NCBI RefSeq assembly: GCF_900182835.1 | Contig: NZ_FXUB01000001.1 | Location: forward strand, 676,945-708,944 | Direction of reading: 5' to 3' | Source: Desulfurobacterium pacificum | Lineage (GTDB): Bacteria > Aquificota > Aquificia > Desulfurobacteriales > Desulfurobacteriaceae | Length of the DNA stretch: 32,000 nt | Shown: piece by piece, positions 6,771-16,935 of the stretch | How the letters are laid out: every line of letters starts with the position of its first letter | How positions within the stretch are numbered: position 1 is the first letter of the stretch | The notes under the pieces: model-generated | What the model was told of the DNA's origin: nothing | What the model saw: only the letters and a program-made list of their open reading frames with translations | The model's database searches: none | Program-made: the position numbers and the translations under genes

Positions 6771-7004
6771 ATGCCAATAGCGGTTGAAGATAGAGAATTG
6801 ATAGAAAAGGCTTGCGAAGTTCTTGTAAAGGAACTCGGACTTATAGGATTTGTGAGGTTTGTAAAGCTTATGGGCTGGGCAAAAAGAAACTGGACAGAAG
6901 AGAGAAAAGAAGTTCTTAAAGAACTGGAAGAAAAGCTGATGAAAATGACTACCGAGGAAGTCGTCGAATACTTTGCTGAGGGAAGAAAAGTAAGACCGGG
7001 ATAG
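6771..7004 (+). CDS. Hypothetical small helical charged protein (77 aa)
   Basis: AAGGAGGAAGC Shine-Dalgarno immediately upstream. MPIAVEDRELIEKACEVLVKELGLIGFVRFVKLMGWAKRN... Confidence 0.65.
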   Translation: MPIAVEDRELIEKACEVLVKELGLIGFVRFVKLMGWAKRNWTEERKEVLKELEEKLMKMTTEEVVEYFAEGRKVRPG

Positions 7005-7138
7005 GTTGTTGTGTAGGTTCATTCAAAAAGAGAAGAATATTGCTTAAGACAGGATTGCTAGGTAGGATTACAAACCTGTTCTTTTTGGGTAAAGAAGCAT
7101 TTACGGGGTAAAAATGCCGAAAATAAACGAATATGTAA

Positions 7139-7240
7139 CTACCTATCAACCTTCTTAGGAGTGTAGGTAGCACCCCAAAAGATAATCCCTATTAGGATGA
7201 AGATTCCGAGAAAAATCAAGAGCCCCGCTATCGTATCCAT
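7139..7240 (-). CDS. Single-TM microprotein (33 aa): MDTIAGLLIFLGIFILIGIIFWGATYTPKKVDR
   Basis: Read manually. GAGGG upstream of the ATG, one hydrophobic helix and a short basic tail. Confidence 0.5.
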   Translation of the reverse strand: MDTIAGLLIFLGIFILIGIIFWGATYTPKKVDR

Positions 7241-7446
7241 CCTCTAATTCCCTCTTTAAAGAGATGTTACAGAAAAGAATAATTTCTTTCAACATTTCTA
7301 AAAACTGCTCTAGCGGAACAAAACAACTCTCGGGTTCAGGAAAACTTTTCCGTCAACGTTTAAAACATATTTTTATCTTATGCAAGAATTTCATCACCCT
7401 TGCTGCATATCAATAGAATTCAGACTCAGGAGGGCTCACTAAACCA

Positions 7447-10257
7447 ATGAAAGACAAAATCATCATTAAAGGTGCAAGGCAGCACAACTTAAAAAACATA
7501 GACCTTGAAATACCAAAAAATAAGTTAGTAGTCATTACGGGAGTTTCCGGTTCTGGAAAATCCTCCCTCGCCTTCGACACCCTCTACGCCGAAGGGCAGC
7601 GCCGCTACGTAGAAAGCCTTTCAGCCTACGCAAGACAGTTCTTGGAACTGATGGAAAAACCGGACGTTGACCTCATAGAAGGACTTTCCCCTGCCATTTC
7701 AATAGAACAGAAAACCGTTTCAAAAAATCCCCGCTCCACCGTCGGCACCACCACAGAAATCCACGATTACCTGAGAGTCCTCTTTGCAAGGGCAGGAACG
7801 CCCTACTGCCCCAACTGCAACGTCCCCATCCAGCCCCAAACGGTGCAGGAAATCGTTGACAGAATTCTTGAAAAAGAAGGCAAAAGAGTAATACTGCTTT
7901 CCCCTATCGTCAGAGAAAGAAAAGGCGAACACAAAGACCTTTTAGAAAAAATCGCAAGGCAGGGCTTTAGAAGGGTAAGAATAGACGGCAAAGAATACAG
8001 AATAGAAGAAGCCCTTGAACTGAAGTTAGAGAAGAAAGTTAAACACACGATAGAAGTTATCGTTGACAGGATAAAAGTTTCCGCAAAAAACAAAAACAGA
8101 ATAGCAGACTCGGTAGAAATAGCCGTAAAACTCTCAGACGGCTTGGTTATAGTTCAGGACTACGAAACAAAAGAGGAAGAAACCTTTTCCACCAAAGGCG
8201 CTTGCCCGATATGCGGATTTTCCTTCAAGGAAATCTCACCCCGCCTATTCTCTTTCAACAGTCCTTTAGGCGCCTGTCCCGAATGCAGCGGCTTAGGCTT
8301 TAAGTTAGCAATAGACCCAGACCTCTTAATAGACTGGGACAAGCCGATAATAGAAGCCGTAGAACTTTCCCAAAAGGCAAAGTTTGAATACCTGCAGGAC
8401 ATGATAGAAACAGCCTGCGAATACTTGGGAATTTCCTCTCTCACGCCGGCAGGAGAAATAAACAAAGACGACCTGAACTTTATCCTCTACTCACCGAAAC
8501 AGCCGATAAGAATTTTTAACACCGTTCCTTTTAGCAGAGGTAACTACAAACCATACTACTTTGAAGGAATAATCAAACACCTTGAAAGGCGCTACTTTGA
8601 ATCGGAATCGGACTACGTAAAAGAGCTGATAGAACCCTACTTGAGAGAAGTCACCTGCAAAGCCTGCGGTGGCAAAAGGCTTAACAGAGAAGCGCTGTCG
8701 GTAAAAATAGCAGATAAAAACATAGCTGAAGTTGAAGCTTTAACGGTAGAAAAGTGCTACGAGTTCTTTGAAAACCTTCAGTTGGAAGGAAAGAAAAAGC
8801 TAATAGCAGAACGAGTTTTAAAGGAAATCAGAAACAGGTTAAAGTTCCTCATAGACGTCGGACTTACCTACCTGACTCTTGACAGGCGAACGGCAACCCT
8901 TTCCGGCGGAGAATCTCAAAGGATAAGGCTTGCAACACAAATAGGCTCAAGGCTGACGGGCGTTCTCTACGTTTTAGACGAACCGAGCATAGGCTTACAC
9001 CAGAGGGACAACAGAAAACTCATTGAAACCCTGAAAGGACTGAGAGATTTAGGAAACACCGTAATAGTGGTAGAGCACGACACCGAAACGATAGAAAGCG
9101 CAGACCACGTAATAGACATGGGACCGGGCGCAGGAATTCACGGCGGCGAAGTCGTTGCCTGCGGAACGCCGGAAGAGATAAAGAAAAACGAAAATTCCCT
9201 AACCGGAAAGTACTTGAGCGGAAAACTGAAAATAGAAGTACCGAAAGAAAGAAGGAAGCCGGGTGACAAGTGGCTTAAAATCATCGGCGCTTCAGAGCAC
9301 AACCTAAAAAACGTTGACGTTGAAATACCTTTAGGCTTGTTCGTCTGCGTCACAGGCGTTTCCGGCTCTGGAAAATCCACCCTCATCAACGAAATCCTCT
9401 ACAAAGCATTAGCCCGCGAAATTTACAACTCAAAAGTAATCCCCGGAAAACACGAAAGAATAGAAGGTTTAGAACACGTTGACAAAGTAGTAAGGGTTGA
9501 CCAGTCTCCCATAGGCAGAACGCCCCGCTCAAACCCTGCCACCTACGTTGACGTCTTTACCCCCATAAGAGAGCTTTTCGCCGCAACGCCGGAAGCAAGA
9601 GCAAGGGGCTACAAAAAGGGAAGGTTCTCCTTTAACGTTCCCGGCGGAAGGTGCGAAGCCTGCAAAGGCGACGGGCTGATAAAGGTTGAAATGCACTTTC
9701 TACCCGACGTTTACGTAACCTGCGACGTGTGCGGAGGAAAGCGCTATAACAGAGAAACTTTAGAAATTACCTACAAAGGCAAAAACATCTACGAAGTCCT
9801 TGAAATGACCGTTGAAGAAGCGATGGAGTTTTTCAAAAACCACCCGCGGATATTCAACAAGCTGAAAACCCTCTACGACGTGGGACTCGGCTACATCAAG
9901 TTGGGGCAACCGGCAACGACCCTTTCAGGCGGCGAAGCTCAAAGAATAAAGTTAGCAAGAGAACTCTCAAAGAAAGGAACGGGAAAAACCGTTTACATAT
10001 TGGACGAACCAACGACAGGACTTCACATCCATGACATTAAAAAGCTCATAGATGTCCTTCAAAGATTAGTTGATAAGGGTAACACCGTAATAGTTATAGA
10101 ACACAACCTTGACTTTGTAAAGTGCGCCGACTGGATAATAGACTTAGGACCAGAAGGCGGAGAAAGAGGTGGACAGGTAGTAGCGACAGGAACGCCAGAA
10201 GACATAGCAAAAACAAACACATGGACAGGAAAGTTCTTAAAAGAAGTCCTTTCTTAA
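7447..10257 (+). CDS. uvrA: Excinuclease ABC subunit A
   Basis: 936 aa. Two ABC ATPase modules ([35 protein letters not shown]; [10 protein letters not shown]), CxxC zinc motifs, two LSGGE(S/A)QR signatures. Confidence 0.98.
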   Translation: MKDKIIIKGARQHNLKNIDLEIPKNKLVVITGVSGSGKSSLAFDTLYAEGQRRYVESLSAYARQFLELMEKPDVDLIEGLSPAISIEQKTVSKNPRSTVGTTTEIHDYLRVLFARAGTPYCPNCNVPIQPQTVQEIVDRILEKEGKRVILLSPIVRERKGEHKDLLEKIARQGFRRVRIDGKEYRIEEALELKLEKKVKHTIEVIVDRIKVSAKNKNRIADSVEIAVKLSDGLVIVQDYETKEEETFSTKGACPICGFSFKEISPRLFSFNSPLGACPECSGLGFKLAIDPDLLIDWDKPIIEAVELSQKAKFEYLQDMIETACEYLGISSLTPAGEINKDDLNFILYSPKQPIRIFNTVPFSRGNYKPYYFEGIIKHLERRYFESESDYVKELIEPYLREVTCKACGGKRLNREALSVKIADKNIAEVEALTVEKCYEFFENLQLEGKKKLIAERVLKEIRNRLKFLIDVGLTYLTLDRRTATLSGGESQRIRLATQIGSRLTGVLYVLDEPSIGLHQRDNRKLIETLKGLRDLGNTVIVVEHDTETIESADHVIDMGPGAGIHGGEVVACGTPEEIKKNENSLTGKYLSGKLKIEVPKERRKPGDKWLKIIGASEHNLKNVDVEIPLGLFVCVTGVSGSGKSTLINEILYKALAREIYNSKVIPGKHERIEGLEHVDKVVRVDQSPIGRTPRSNPATYVDVFTPIRELFAATPEARARGYKKGRFSFNVPGGRCEACKGDGLIKVEMHFLPDVYVTCDVCGGKRYNRETLEITYKGKNIYEVLEMTVEEAMEFFKNHPRIFNKLKTLYDVGLGYIKLGQPATTLSGGEAQRIKLARELSKKGTGKTVYILDEPTTGLHIHDIKKLIDVLQRLVDKGNTVIVIEHNLDFVKCADWIIDLGPEGGERGGQVVATGTPEDIAKTNTWTGKFLKEVLS

Positions 10258-10286
10258 CAATTCCTTAACACTTTATAAATACACTT

Positions 10287-10315
10287 ACCTCCGAAGAAAC
10301 AAAAACTTCGGAGGT
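10287..10315 (+). promoter_or_regulatory. Hairpin sequestering the Shine-Dalgarno of the porin gene
   Basis: Perfect inverted repeat ACCTCCGAAG(10287-10296)-N9-CTTCGGAGGT(10306-10315), extendable outward to about 13 bp with one G-T wobble (10284-10318). Contains GGAGG and ends just before ATG 10320. Confidence 0.6.
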
Positions 10316-10319
10316 AGGA

Positions 10320-11456
10320 ATGAGAAAAAAACTTCTACTCGCCGGACTGCTGTTAATCGGAACATCATCACATGCACTTGCACAACAGGCAACAATTCTC
10401 ATCAACGGAGTTCCCGTAAAACAGCTCTACGTTGACAGCGAAGGAAGGCTTTATCTAACACCTGGAGAAGGTAGAAAACCGGTAAAAATTGAAATCCCAA
10501 CAACTTCCAAAACAGCTCTCTCATCAAAAGAAAAGAAGATAAAAATCAGTGGAAAAGCTTTCATCCACTACGACGTTGACCTTAAAAATCCCTCCCACCC
10601 AAACGCCTTCAAACTCACCAGAAACTACGTTGAATTGAGAGGATACTTCAACAAAAAAGATTACTTCAGAACAACCCTTGACGCTCATCAGGATGACGAC
10701 GGCTCATACAGAACAAGACTCAAATACGCATACGTCTACTTTTCAGACGTTCTACCCTATACAGGCGTTGAGTTAGGACTTGCCCACAGACCCTGGATAG
10801 ACTGGGAAGAACACCACGGCTGGCTCCACAGAGACGTTGAAGAAACGTTTATAGAAAACCACTCCGGCGCAGGACTAATAAACTCAGCAGATACAGGAAT
10901 TGACTTTAAAGGAAAGCACGGCATCGCTTCCTGGGAATTCGGAATTTTCAACGGAGAAGGCTACCACGGCGAAGAAGAAAGCAAACATTTCGGGAAATCT
11001 TTAGAAGGAAGACTATCCCTCAATCTTTTCAAAGGATTTATCCTTTCCGGACACACGACACACATATTTGACCTTAAAGGTGAAAACATGGATAGACATA
11101 TCTATCAAATTCACGCCGTCTATAATAACCCCTATCTCTTAGTTGCCGCTCAGTATATCTGGGATAAAGACGACTACCACAACGCCACTGACGTTAAACA
11201 GAAAGGTTATTCAATCAACGGAGACCTGAAACTAAAAACTCTAACAGGATATCCCATAACCCTTTTTGCAAGATACGATAGCTGGAATCCCAATACGGGC
11301 AGGCCTGATGATTCCAGAAAACACTTCGTTTACGGCGCAAGCTACACACTGAACCCTTTTGTGAAGTTCTCACTGGCTCAGGACAGGAAAATAGTAAAAA
11401 GCAACGGTGGAAACGACTCTAACACCTTTATGGCAGTAACAAATGTTAAATGGTAA
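10320..11456 (+). CDS. Outer-membrane porin-like beta-barrel protein
   Basis: Signal peptide MRKKLLLAGLLLIGTSSHALAQ. Alternating amphipathic strands (FKLTRNYVELRGYFNKKDYFRTTLDAHQDD...; GKHGIASWEFGIFNGEGY) and a terminal VTNVKW typical of porins. Confidence 0.75.
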   Translation: MRKKLLLAGLLLIGTSSHALAQQATILINGVPVKQLYVDSEGRLYLTPGEGRKPVKIEIPTTSKTALSSKEKKIKISGKAFIHYDVDLKNPSHPNAFKLTRNYVELRGYFNKKDYFRTTLDAHQDDDGSYRTRLKYAYVYFSDVLPYTGVELGLAHRPWIDWEEHHGWLHRDVEETFIENHSGAGLINSADTGIDFKGKHGIASWEFGIFNGEGYHGEEESKHFGKSLEGRLSLNLFKGFILSGHTTHIFDLKGENMDRHIYQIHAVYNNPYLLVAAQYIWDKDDYHNATDVKQKGYSINGDLKLKTLTGYPITLFARYDSWNPNTGRPDDSRKHFVYGASYTLNPFVKFSLAQDRKIVKSNGGNDSNTFMAVTNVKW

Positions 11457-11510
11457 AAAGATTTTTCCGCTTTTTATAAAATAAAGTCAGAAATTTTTCA
11501 GGAGGACTTG

Positions 11511-12578
11511 ATGAAAAGAAAACTTGCAGTTGCAGCAACACTTCCGGCTGTTTTACTACTTGCAGGATGTTTTGGTGGAAATGGAAATAGCCAGAAAACT
11601 TCCTCAGCAGGAGGAAATAGAAAAAGCACAACGGTAATAAATGGTGCAGGTGCCACTTTCCCCTATCCCGTTTACGTTAACTGGGCTAAAGAGTATTACA
11701 GAGCAACCGGCATAAAAGTTAACTATCAGGGAATCGGTTCTGGCGGTGGTATCAGACAGGTAACAGAAAGAACCGTTGATTTCGGCGGTTCAGACAAGAT
11801 GCTCTCACCTCAGGAATTAGATAAAAGAAGGCTCTACCAATTTCCTGCTGTAATAGGCTCAATCGTAGTTGTTTACAACCTTCCAGGTATCGGAGATACA
11901 GAATTAAAGCTCTCAAACAAATCGGTTTGCGACCTGTTCATGGGCAAAATTAAATACTGGGATAACCCAGAAATTAAAAACGACAATCCAGGCATTAAAC
12001 TACCCCACCAGAGGGTAACGGTAATTCACAGAGCTGAAGGTTCAGGAACTACCTGGAACTTTACATACTGGCTCAGCGCCATATGTCCTGCCTGGAAAGA
12101 AAAGGTGGGTTACGGTAAAGTAGTGGACTGGCCTACCGGCATCGGTGCAAAAGGTAATGCAGGCGTGACAAACTACGTCAAACAAACGCCCGGTGCAATC
12201 GGTTACGTCGAATACGCCTACAAGCTACAAAACCACTTAACAGCAGCCCAGCTTCAATCTAAAGATGGTGACTTCGTCAAGCCTACCATGAAAAACTTTA
12301 AGGCTGCCGCCTCCCATGCCAGATGGAGTATGAAATCTCACTTCTACTTAAAAGGAAACCTAATACTCCAGCCTGGAAGCAACAGCTGGCCCCTCACCGC
12401 TGCAACGATGATTTTACTTCCAAGAGAAAAGAAAGAGAGAAACAAGTTGGTAATAGACTTCTTTGATTGGTCATTCAAAAACGGCGATGCTATAGCTACA
12501 AAGTTAGGTTACGTTCCACTTCCAGAAGACTTAAAGCAAAAGATAAGAACCTACTGGAAAGAAGTGGTTTTAAAATAG
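11511..12578 (+). CDS. pstS: Phosphate ABC transporter substrate-binding lipoprotein
   Basis: Lipobox LLLAGC and VINGAGATFPYPVYVNWAKEY...GSGGGIRQVTERTVDFGGSDKMLSP. ATG at 11511 after GGAGG; the track starts at an upstream TTG. Confidence 0.95.
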   Translation: MKRKLAVAATLPAVLLLAGCFGGNGNSQKTSSAGGNRKSTTVINGAGATFPYPVYVNWAKEYYRATGIKVNYQGIGSGGGIRQVTERTVDFGGSDKMLSPQELDKRRLYQFPAVIGSIVVVYNLPGIGDTELKLSNKSVCDLFMGKIKYWDNPEIKNDNPGIKLPHQRVTVIHRAEGSGTTWNFTYWLSAICPAWKEKVGYGKVVDWPTGIGAKGNAGVTNYVKQTPGAIGYVEYAYKLQNHLTAAQLQSKDGDFVKPTMKNFKAAASHARWSMKSHFYLKGNLILQPGSNSWPLTAATMILLPREKKERNKLVIDFFDWSFKNGDAIATKLGYVPLPEDLKQKIRTYWKEVVLK

Positions 12579-12582
12579 AAAT

Positions 12583-12600
12583 GGGGGGCTTACGCCCCCT
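12583..12600. terminator. Probable bidirectional terminator-like hairpin between pstS and purH
   Basis: GGGGGGC-TTAC-GCCCCCT inverted repeat between convergent genes. Confidence 0.6.
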
Positions 12601-12601
12601 A

Positions 12602-14212
12602 TTAATGCCTAAAATGTCTTATTCCAGTAAACACCATAGCCATATTATGTTCGTTGGCAGCCTGAATAACCTCTGAATCCCTTATAGAACCACCCGGCTG
12701 GATTATCGCCGTAACTCCCACCTTTGCTGCTTCATCTACGCTATCCCTAAACGGGAAGAAAGCTTCAGAAGCTAAAACAGAACCTTCCAAATCCATTCCC
12801 ATCATCTTTGCCTTTTCGGCAGCACAACGGGCAGAATCTATACGGGAAGTCTGACCAACACCTATACCGATAGCAACTTTATTCTTGGCGTAAACAACAG
12901 AGTTGGATTTTACCCATTTAACTACTTTAAAGGCAAAAATCATGTCCTCCCATTCCCTTTCGGTAGGCTCTCTGTCTGTAACCACCTTCACCTTTTCAGG
13001 GTCAAAAACGACCAAATCCCTATCCTGAACTAACAACCCTCCCGTTATGCGGCGGTAGTCAAAAGGCGACTTCTGTCCTCTCCTTTCAAGTCCCGAAAGT
13101 CCGTTAGTAGTCAAAACTCTTAAGTTCTTTTTCGTCTTGAGAATTTCTAGAGCTTCTTCGTCATACTCAGGCGCTATTATGCATTCGTAAAACCTCTGAG
13201 TAATCAGTTTTGCCACCTCAGCGTTAACCTTTGAGTTAAAAGCAATTATTCCGCCAAAAGCGGAAACAGGGTCAACGTTTAAAGCTTTTTCGTAAGCTTC
13301 TTCTGGAGTCTTTCCGAGAGCAACACCACAAGGATTGGCGTGTTTAATAATAGCGCAGGCAACACCCTCTTTTTCAGGGTCAAACTCCAAAACTAAGTTG
13401 AAAGCACCATCAAGGTCGTAAAGGTTGTTGAAGGAAAGCTCTTTTTCGCCAGCTAACTTCTCTGCTGAAGAAACACAAGGCTCATCAATGAAAACTTCTT
13501 TGTAGAAGGCGCCGCGTTGGTGGGGATTTTCGCCGTATCTCAAATCCTGCACTTTCTCAAACGTTATAGTAAGCGGATTTCTCATCTCTCTGACGGCAAC
13601 AGGATTGCCTTCCTCATCTATGGAATAGAGAAAATCGGATATCAAGGCATCGTAATGGGCTGTTAAATTAAACGCCTTTTTAGCAAGGTAAAACCTCGTT
13701 TTAAGAGAAATCTTCCCAGTTTCTTCCAATTCTTTCACTACAAGGTCGTAGTCTTTCGGGTCAGTAACTATTGCAACATCTCTGTAGTTCTTAGCAGCAG
13801 CCCTTACCATCGTAGGACCACCAATATCTATGTTTTCAATTATCTCTTCTAAAGATGCCCCCCTTTTAACCGTCTCTTTAAAGGGATAGAGATTAACTAC
13901 AACCATATCTATTCTCTCTATCCCGAGTTCCTCCATGGCTTTTAAGTGGTCTTCCTTATCTCTTCTTGCCAGTATTCCACCATGAACCTTAGGATGAAGC
14001 GTCTTTACCCTACCTTCCATTATCTCCGGGAAACCCGTAAGGTCAGAAATCTCTCTAACTGGAATACCAGCTTCTTTCAGAAGTTTAGCAGTGCCACCGG
14101 TAGAAATTATCTCTATTCCTAAGTCAACAAGTTTCTTAACGAAATCTACAATTCCCGTCTTATCTGAAACAGAAACAATAGCTCTAACAGGTTTCATAAA
14201 ATCCTCCCACAC
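12602..14212 (-). CDS. purH: Bifunctional AICAR transformylase/IMP cyclohydrolase
   Basis: MKPVRAIVSVSDKTGIVDFVKKL..STGGTAK..., KHANPCGVA, PGGSIRD, and C-terminal TGIRHFRH. Confidence 0.97.
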   Translation of the reverse strand: MWEDFMKPVRAIVSVSDKTGIVDFVKKLVDLGIEIISTGGTAKLLKEAGIPVREISDLTGFPEIMEGRVKTLHPKVHGGILARRDKEDHLKAMEELGIERIDMVVVNLYPFKETVKRGASLEEIIENIDIGGPTMVRAAAKNYRDVAIVTDPKDYDLVVKELEETGKISLKTRFYLAKKAFNLTAHYDALISDFLYSIDEEGNPVAVREMRNPLTITFEKVQDLRYGENPHQRGAFYKEVFIDEPCVSSAEKLAGEKELSFNNLYDLDGAFNLVLEFDPEKEGVACAIIKHANPCGVALGKTPEEAYEKALNVDPVSAFGGIIAFNSKVNAEVAKLITQRFYECIIAPEYDEEALEILKTKKNLRVLTTNGLSGLERRGQKSPFDYRRITGGLLVQDRDLVVFDPEKVKVVTDREPTEREWEDMIFAFKVVKWVKSNSVVYAKNKVAIGIGVGQTSRIDSARCAAEKAKMMGMDLEGSVLASEAFFPFRDSVDEAAKVGVTAIIQPGGSIRDSEVIQAANEHNMAMVFTGIRHFRH

Positions 14213-14287
14213 CTCATCTTTTTCGCAACCTAATTATACCTACTACCTTGATGTAGAATTTCGTATTCCCATTTAAAGGAGAAACCG

Positions 14288-15352
14288 GTGCTCCGCTGGG
14301 CAGAAATTCATTTAGACAGACTAGTAGAAAACTACAAGCAAATAAAAAATTTGTCAGCCGGGAAAAAAATAATCGCCGTAGTTAAAGCAAACGCCTACGG
14401 TCACGGCATAAAAGAAGTCGCGCAAACGCTGGCAAAGCACACCGACGTATCCGCATTTGCAGTAGCAACTTTTGACGAAGCCGAAGAATTAAGAAACATT
14501 GGAATCGCAAGAGATATTTTAGTAATGGCTTCTCCTCTATCTGAAGGTTTGGATAAAATCAAAGAACTCAATGCTGTTCCCGTAATTTTTGACTTTGAAG
14601 ACCTGAAATTAGCAAAAGAGCTGAAAATCCCCTTCCACATCAAAATAGACACCGGAATGGGACGCCTTGGATTTTTAGAAAATCAGTGGAACAAACTTTT
14701 AGAAGAACTAAAAGGAACAAACCTCAAAGGAATTATGACCCACTTCTGCTGTGCAGATGAAGACAAAAATTTCACTGAGTATCAATTTAAAGAGTTTCTC
14801 TCGTTCTTTCAAAAACTCAAAAGCCTCAACTTCAAGAACCTTACCATCCACGCAGACAATTCCTCTGCCATACCTTTTAAACTCAACAAAATCCTCACCC
14901 ACTCCCGCGTCGGCATAGCACTATACGGCACAAAACCTTACGAAAATTACCCGGCAGAGCTAAAGCAGGTAATGGAAGTAAAAGCGAAAGTCATAACAAC
15001 CAAAGAACTCCCGGCAAACTTCCCCGTCTCCTACTCTGCAACATACAAAACAAAACAGAAAGAAAAAGTAGCCGTAATCTCCTTCGGCTATGCAGACGGA
15101 TATTTGCGGAGTTTCTCAAACAAAGGATACGTCCTCATAAACGATGAAAAGTGTCCCGTTCGCGGAAGAGTCTGCATGGACATGACGATAGTTTCCTCAA
15201 AAACGGCGAAAAAAGGAGATACGGTAACGATATTCGGCGAAAAAATCACATTTGAAGAAACAGCAAAAGTAGCAGGAACAATTTCCTACGAACTCATGTG
15301 CGACATCAGTCCCAGAGTTAAAAGGATTTACTTTTACCCATCACAAACATAA
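14288..15352 (+). CDS. alr: Alanine racemase
   Basis: [29 protein letters not shown]-lysine motif, [20 protein letters not shown] start. Confidence 0.93.
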   Translation: MLRWAEIHLDRLVENYKQIKNLSAGKKIIAVVKANAYGHGIKEVAQTLAKHTDVSAFAVATFDEAEELRNIGIARDILVMASPLSEGLDKIKELNAVPVIFDFEDLKLAKELKIPFHIKIDTGMGRLGFLENQWNKLLEELKGTNLKGIMTHFCCADEDKNFTEYQFKEFLSFFQKLKSLNFKNLTIHADNSSAIPFKLNKILTHSRVGIALYGTKPYENYPAELKQVMEVKAKVITTKELPANFPVSYSATYKTKQKEKVAVISFGYADGYLRSFSNKGYVLINDEKCPVRGRVCMDMTIVSSKTAKKGDTVTIFGEKITFEETAKVAGTISYELMCDISPRVKRIYFYPSQT

Positions 15353-15387
15353 AATTACCAGTTAACAGATTTCAGGGAGGCAGTTTA

Positions 15388-16608
15388 ATGGCTCTTGTAG
15401 TTCAAAAATTCGGCGGAACATCTATGGGTTCAATTGAAAGGATAAAACACGTTGCAACAAGAGTTTTGGAAGAGAAAGAAAAGGGCAACGACGTAGTTGT
15501 AGTAGTCTCCGCAATGGCGGGAGAAACCGATAGACTCATCAATTTAGTCAAAGAGATAACCGCAGAACCCAACGAAAGAGATATGGACTTTGTCGTCTCA
15601 ACCGGCGAACAGGTATCGGCTGGTCTCCTTTCAATAACCTTAAACCACATGGGACACAGCGCAGTATCGTTAACAGGCTGGCAGGCAGGTATAAAAACGG
15701 ACGACGCCTTCACAAAGGCAAGAATACTTTCAATAGATACAGACAGGATAAAAAACTACTTGAAGCAAGGCAAAATCGTTGTAATCACAGGTTTTCAGGG
15801 CATTACAGAAAGCGGCGACATAACAACTTTAGGAAGGGGCGGTTCAGACACTTCAGCTGTTGCCTTAGCGGCTGCTCTCAACGCCGACAGGTGTGACATC
15901 TATACCGACGTTGACGGTGTTTACACGGCAGACCCGCGAATCGTCCCCGAAGCAAGAAAAATAGACGTTCTTTCTTATGAAGAAATGTTAGAACTCGCAT
16001 CTTTAGGCGCCAAAGTGCTTCAAATCAGGTCCGTTGAATTTGCAATGAAGTATAAGGTGCCGTTAAGAGTCAGATGCACCTTTACAAGCGATGAGGGAAC
16101 CCTGATTAAGGAGGAAGACGAGACTATGGAAAGAGTAGTTGTCAGAGGCATAGCTCACAATAAGAATGAAGCGAGAATAACTGTTGAAAGAGTTCCAGAT
16201 AAACCGGGAATTGCAGCCAAGCTCTTTGATGCCTTAGCAGAAGCTAACATTCCTGTTGACATGATAGTTCAAAACGTTTCCGTTGACGGATACACCGATA
16301 TCTCCTTTACCGTTGAGAAGAACGACGCTCCAAAAGCCGAAAAAATCACAAGAAAGGTAGCCGAAGAAATAGGGGCAAAAGGCGTAATAAGAGACGACCG
16401 CATAGCAAAAGTTTCCATAGTTGGATTAGGAATGAGAAGTCACGCAGGCGTTGCCGGAAAGGTGTTTGACACGCTGGCTAAATACGGCATAAATATAATA
16501 ATGATATCCACTTCCGAAATTAAGATATCCTGCATCGTTGATGAAAAGTTCACTGAGTTAGCGGTAAGAGTTCTCCACGAAGCGTTTGGATTGGATAAAA
16601 ATGAGTGA
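15388..16608 (+). CDS. lysC: Aspartate kinase
   Basis: [39 protein letters not shown], and C-terminal ACT domains. Confidence 0.96.
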   Translation: MALVVQKFGGTSMGSIERIKHVATRVLEEKEKGNDVVVVVSAMAGETDRLINLVKEITAEPNERDMDFVVSTGEQVSAGLLSITLNHMGHSAVSLTGWQAGIKTDDAFTKARILSIDTDRIKNYLKQGKIVVITGFQGITESGDITTLGRGGSDTSAVALAAALNADRCDIYTDVDGVYTADPRIVPEARKIDVLSYEEMLELASLGAKVLQIRSVEFAMKYKVPLRVRCTFTSDEGTLIKEEDETMERVVVRGIAHNKNEARITVERVPDKPGIAAKLFDALAEANIPVDMIVQNVSVDGYTDISFTVEKNDAPKAEKITRKVAEEIGAKGVIRDDRIAKVSIVGLGMRSHAGVAGKVFDTLAKYGINIIMISTSEIKISCIVDEKFTELAVRVLHEAFGLDKNE

Positions 16609-16825
16609 CAGAATTAAGGAACAGATAGGAATATATAAGGAAATTTTTAAAAGTTTATTTACTCTGATGATAATCGTAGGTGGTGCTTCATTCGCCTCGC
16701 TAATACACGGAAAAGTAACTCTGTGGAACATATTAGGAGCTGGACTGTCAATTTGGTTATCAATATCTTTAGTATTACTCTGGCGTTACATGATTAACTT
16801 AACCGAGGAGATAAAAAATGAATGA
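16601..16825 (+). CDS. Small two-TM membrane protein (74 aa)
   Basis: ATG overlaps the end of lysC (ATGAGTGA). [19 protein letters not shown] and [18 protein letters not shown] hydrophobic segments. Confidence 0.6.
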   Translation: MSDRIKEQIGIYKEIFKSLFTLMIIVGGASFASLIHGKVTLWNILGAGLSIWLSISLVLLWRYMINLTEEIKNE

Positions 16826-16922
16826 AAAAATAATCGCTAATCTCTTAATGTTCTTAATATTTCTATCTTTCGTTTTCGTAACCGGTTTCATTGTTTTCTA
16901 CCGCGGAAAAGAAGCAAAGTAA
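16818..16922 (+). CDS. Single-TM microprotein (34 aa): [34 protein letters not shown]
   Basis: Read manually. Overlaps the previous stop by 8 nt, preceded by GAGGAG. Confidence 0.6.
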   Translation: MNEKIIANLLMFLIFLSFVFVTGFIVFYRGKEAK

Positions 16923-16935
16923 AGAGGTTTCAAAA

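Noticed and set aside
6720-7173. Minus-strand ORFs 6720-7022 and 6949-7173
   Set aside because: Phe/Leu/Ser-rich translations antisense to the better supported 77-aa ORF and intergenic DNA, with no start signals.
7720-9389. Antisense ORFs in uvrA (7720-7932, 7803-8093, 8160-8465, 9138-9389)
   Set aside because: Low-complexity antisense translations fully inside a confident CDS.
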